Shown here piece by piece: positions 15,106-15,905 of a stretch of 15,905 bases of DNA. Made by a program: the position numbers and the translations under genes. The notes below the pieces were generated by a model. The model ran no database searches and was not told where the DNA came from. It saw only the letters and a program-made list of their open reading frames with translations. Numbering within the stretch: position 1 is the first letter of the stretch; the number at the start of each line of letters is the position of its first letter. The DNA comes from Chlamydiales bacterium. GTDB taxonomy: Bacteria; Chlamydiota; Chlamydiia; Chlamydiales; JBDQID01. The stretch is from the NCBI GenBank assembly GCA_047611865.1, contig JBLFWS010000068.1:1-15905 (forward strand), given 5' to 3'.

Positions 15106-15816
15106 CGCCTTTTCAATTCTTAAGTGCGACACTTAGGCTGCCTCACGAAGGTAGCTAAAAACCTCTATCGGTGTTGCAAAGTCTAGCACTTTTCTTGTTC
15201 GATTGTTAAGCAATAACTCAACCTTCTCGACCTCTTCTTCTGAAATCTCATCAAACCGCTTAGATTTTGGGAAATACTGTCGTACAAGACCATTGGTATG
15301 CTCGTTGAGCCCTCTTTCCCAAAAGTGGTATGGTTTGGCAAAATAGAACTCTGCTTTTAGTAGTTCACTGATTTCTTGATACTTAGCAAATTCTTTCACT
15401 GGCTCAAGTCGTTCGATCAGTGCTTCTTTTGCTTCTTGAGCTGACTTTCTAGAAACCTTGATAAGTTTTGTTAATTTTGAGGCCCTATCTACCATTGAGA
15501 CTATTGCCCCACTTTGCTCTGTTCCAATGCCTTCTCATTTGCCTGATGATAGCGGTAACCTCGTTTTCCTATATTCCTATTCAGTTCCCTATAAATAGTA
15601 GATCGGTGAATTCTAAGTTCTTTAGCAATTTGTGCTGCAGAATCTCCTCTTTTCTTTAAGGTGTAGAGCTGACATCTTGAATCTCTGGTCAGCTGATGGT
15701 AGTCCTTAGACATATTTCCTCCTCGGGTATTTGTGGTAAAATCACCGTAGAGGTTTTAGCCGTCTCTGACCATTTTAATTTTTAACTATTTGTCGCACTT
15801 CGCAGTTGAAAGGGCC
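15106..15816 (-). mobile_element. Internally deleted IS30-family element (~710 bp)
   Basis: Imperfect TIRs: GCCTTTTCAATTCTTAAGTGCGACA (15107-15131) vs reverse complement of 15791-15815 GCCCTTTCAACTGCGAAGTGCGACA (20/25); encloses IS30 transposase fragments; no clear TSD. Confidence 0.9.
15133..15713 (-). pseudogene. IS30-family transposase pseudogene
   Basis: N-terminal HTH YHQLT...IAKEL..HRSTIYREL.RN; C-terminal YFA.PYH.WERGLNEHTNGLVRQYFPK...LNNR.RK.L.F.TP; AGGAGG RBS; split into two frames and missing two catalytic segments. Confidence 0.93.
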
Positions 15817-15905
15817 CACTCTTACTTCACAGCATCTCTCTAACGCTTTCAAATGTGGGGATGGTTCAGAAAGAGGCTTTTTTAGGTAATAAAAAGGGTT
15901 GTGGG

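Noticed and set aside
15103..15819. Target-site duplication for the IS30
   Set aside because: The flanks (TTT left, CAC right) do not match

Overview
Bacterial chromosomal window. Gene content and style suggest an environmental chlamydia or other PVC-type, protist-associated bacterium (inference only). Housekeeping and metabolic genes: tdk, topB, rlmB, a five-gene acyl-CoA catabolism operon (acyl-CoA dehydrogenase, carboxyltransferase, AtuA-like small protein, enoyl-CoA hydratase, MBL hydrolase), sixA, recX and an MscS channel. The unusual parts are intergenic or orphan. (i) A 413-bp MITE with perfect 16-bp TIRs and a 9-bp TSD has an interior that folds into a ~280-nt rod, with G-U wobbles strongly biased to the + strand. 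(ii) A 210-bp MITE with IS903-like ends and a 9-bp TSD carries an internal inverted array of 9-mers and sits next to a third IR copy. (iii) A purine-rich ~72-bp tandem array is built from related 9-mers. (iv) An IS30 appears to have lost two catalytic segments by microhomology deletions. (v) There are three effector-like orphans: a 91-aa protein starting MGLCFSK (eukaryotic myristoylation/palmitoylation motif), a protein resembling a giant-virus family, and a frameshifted Inc-like membrane protein.
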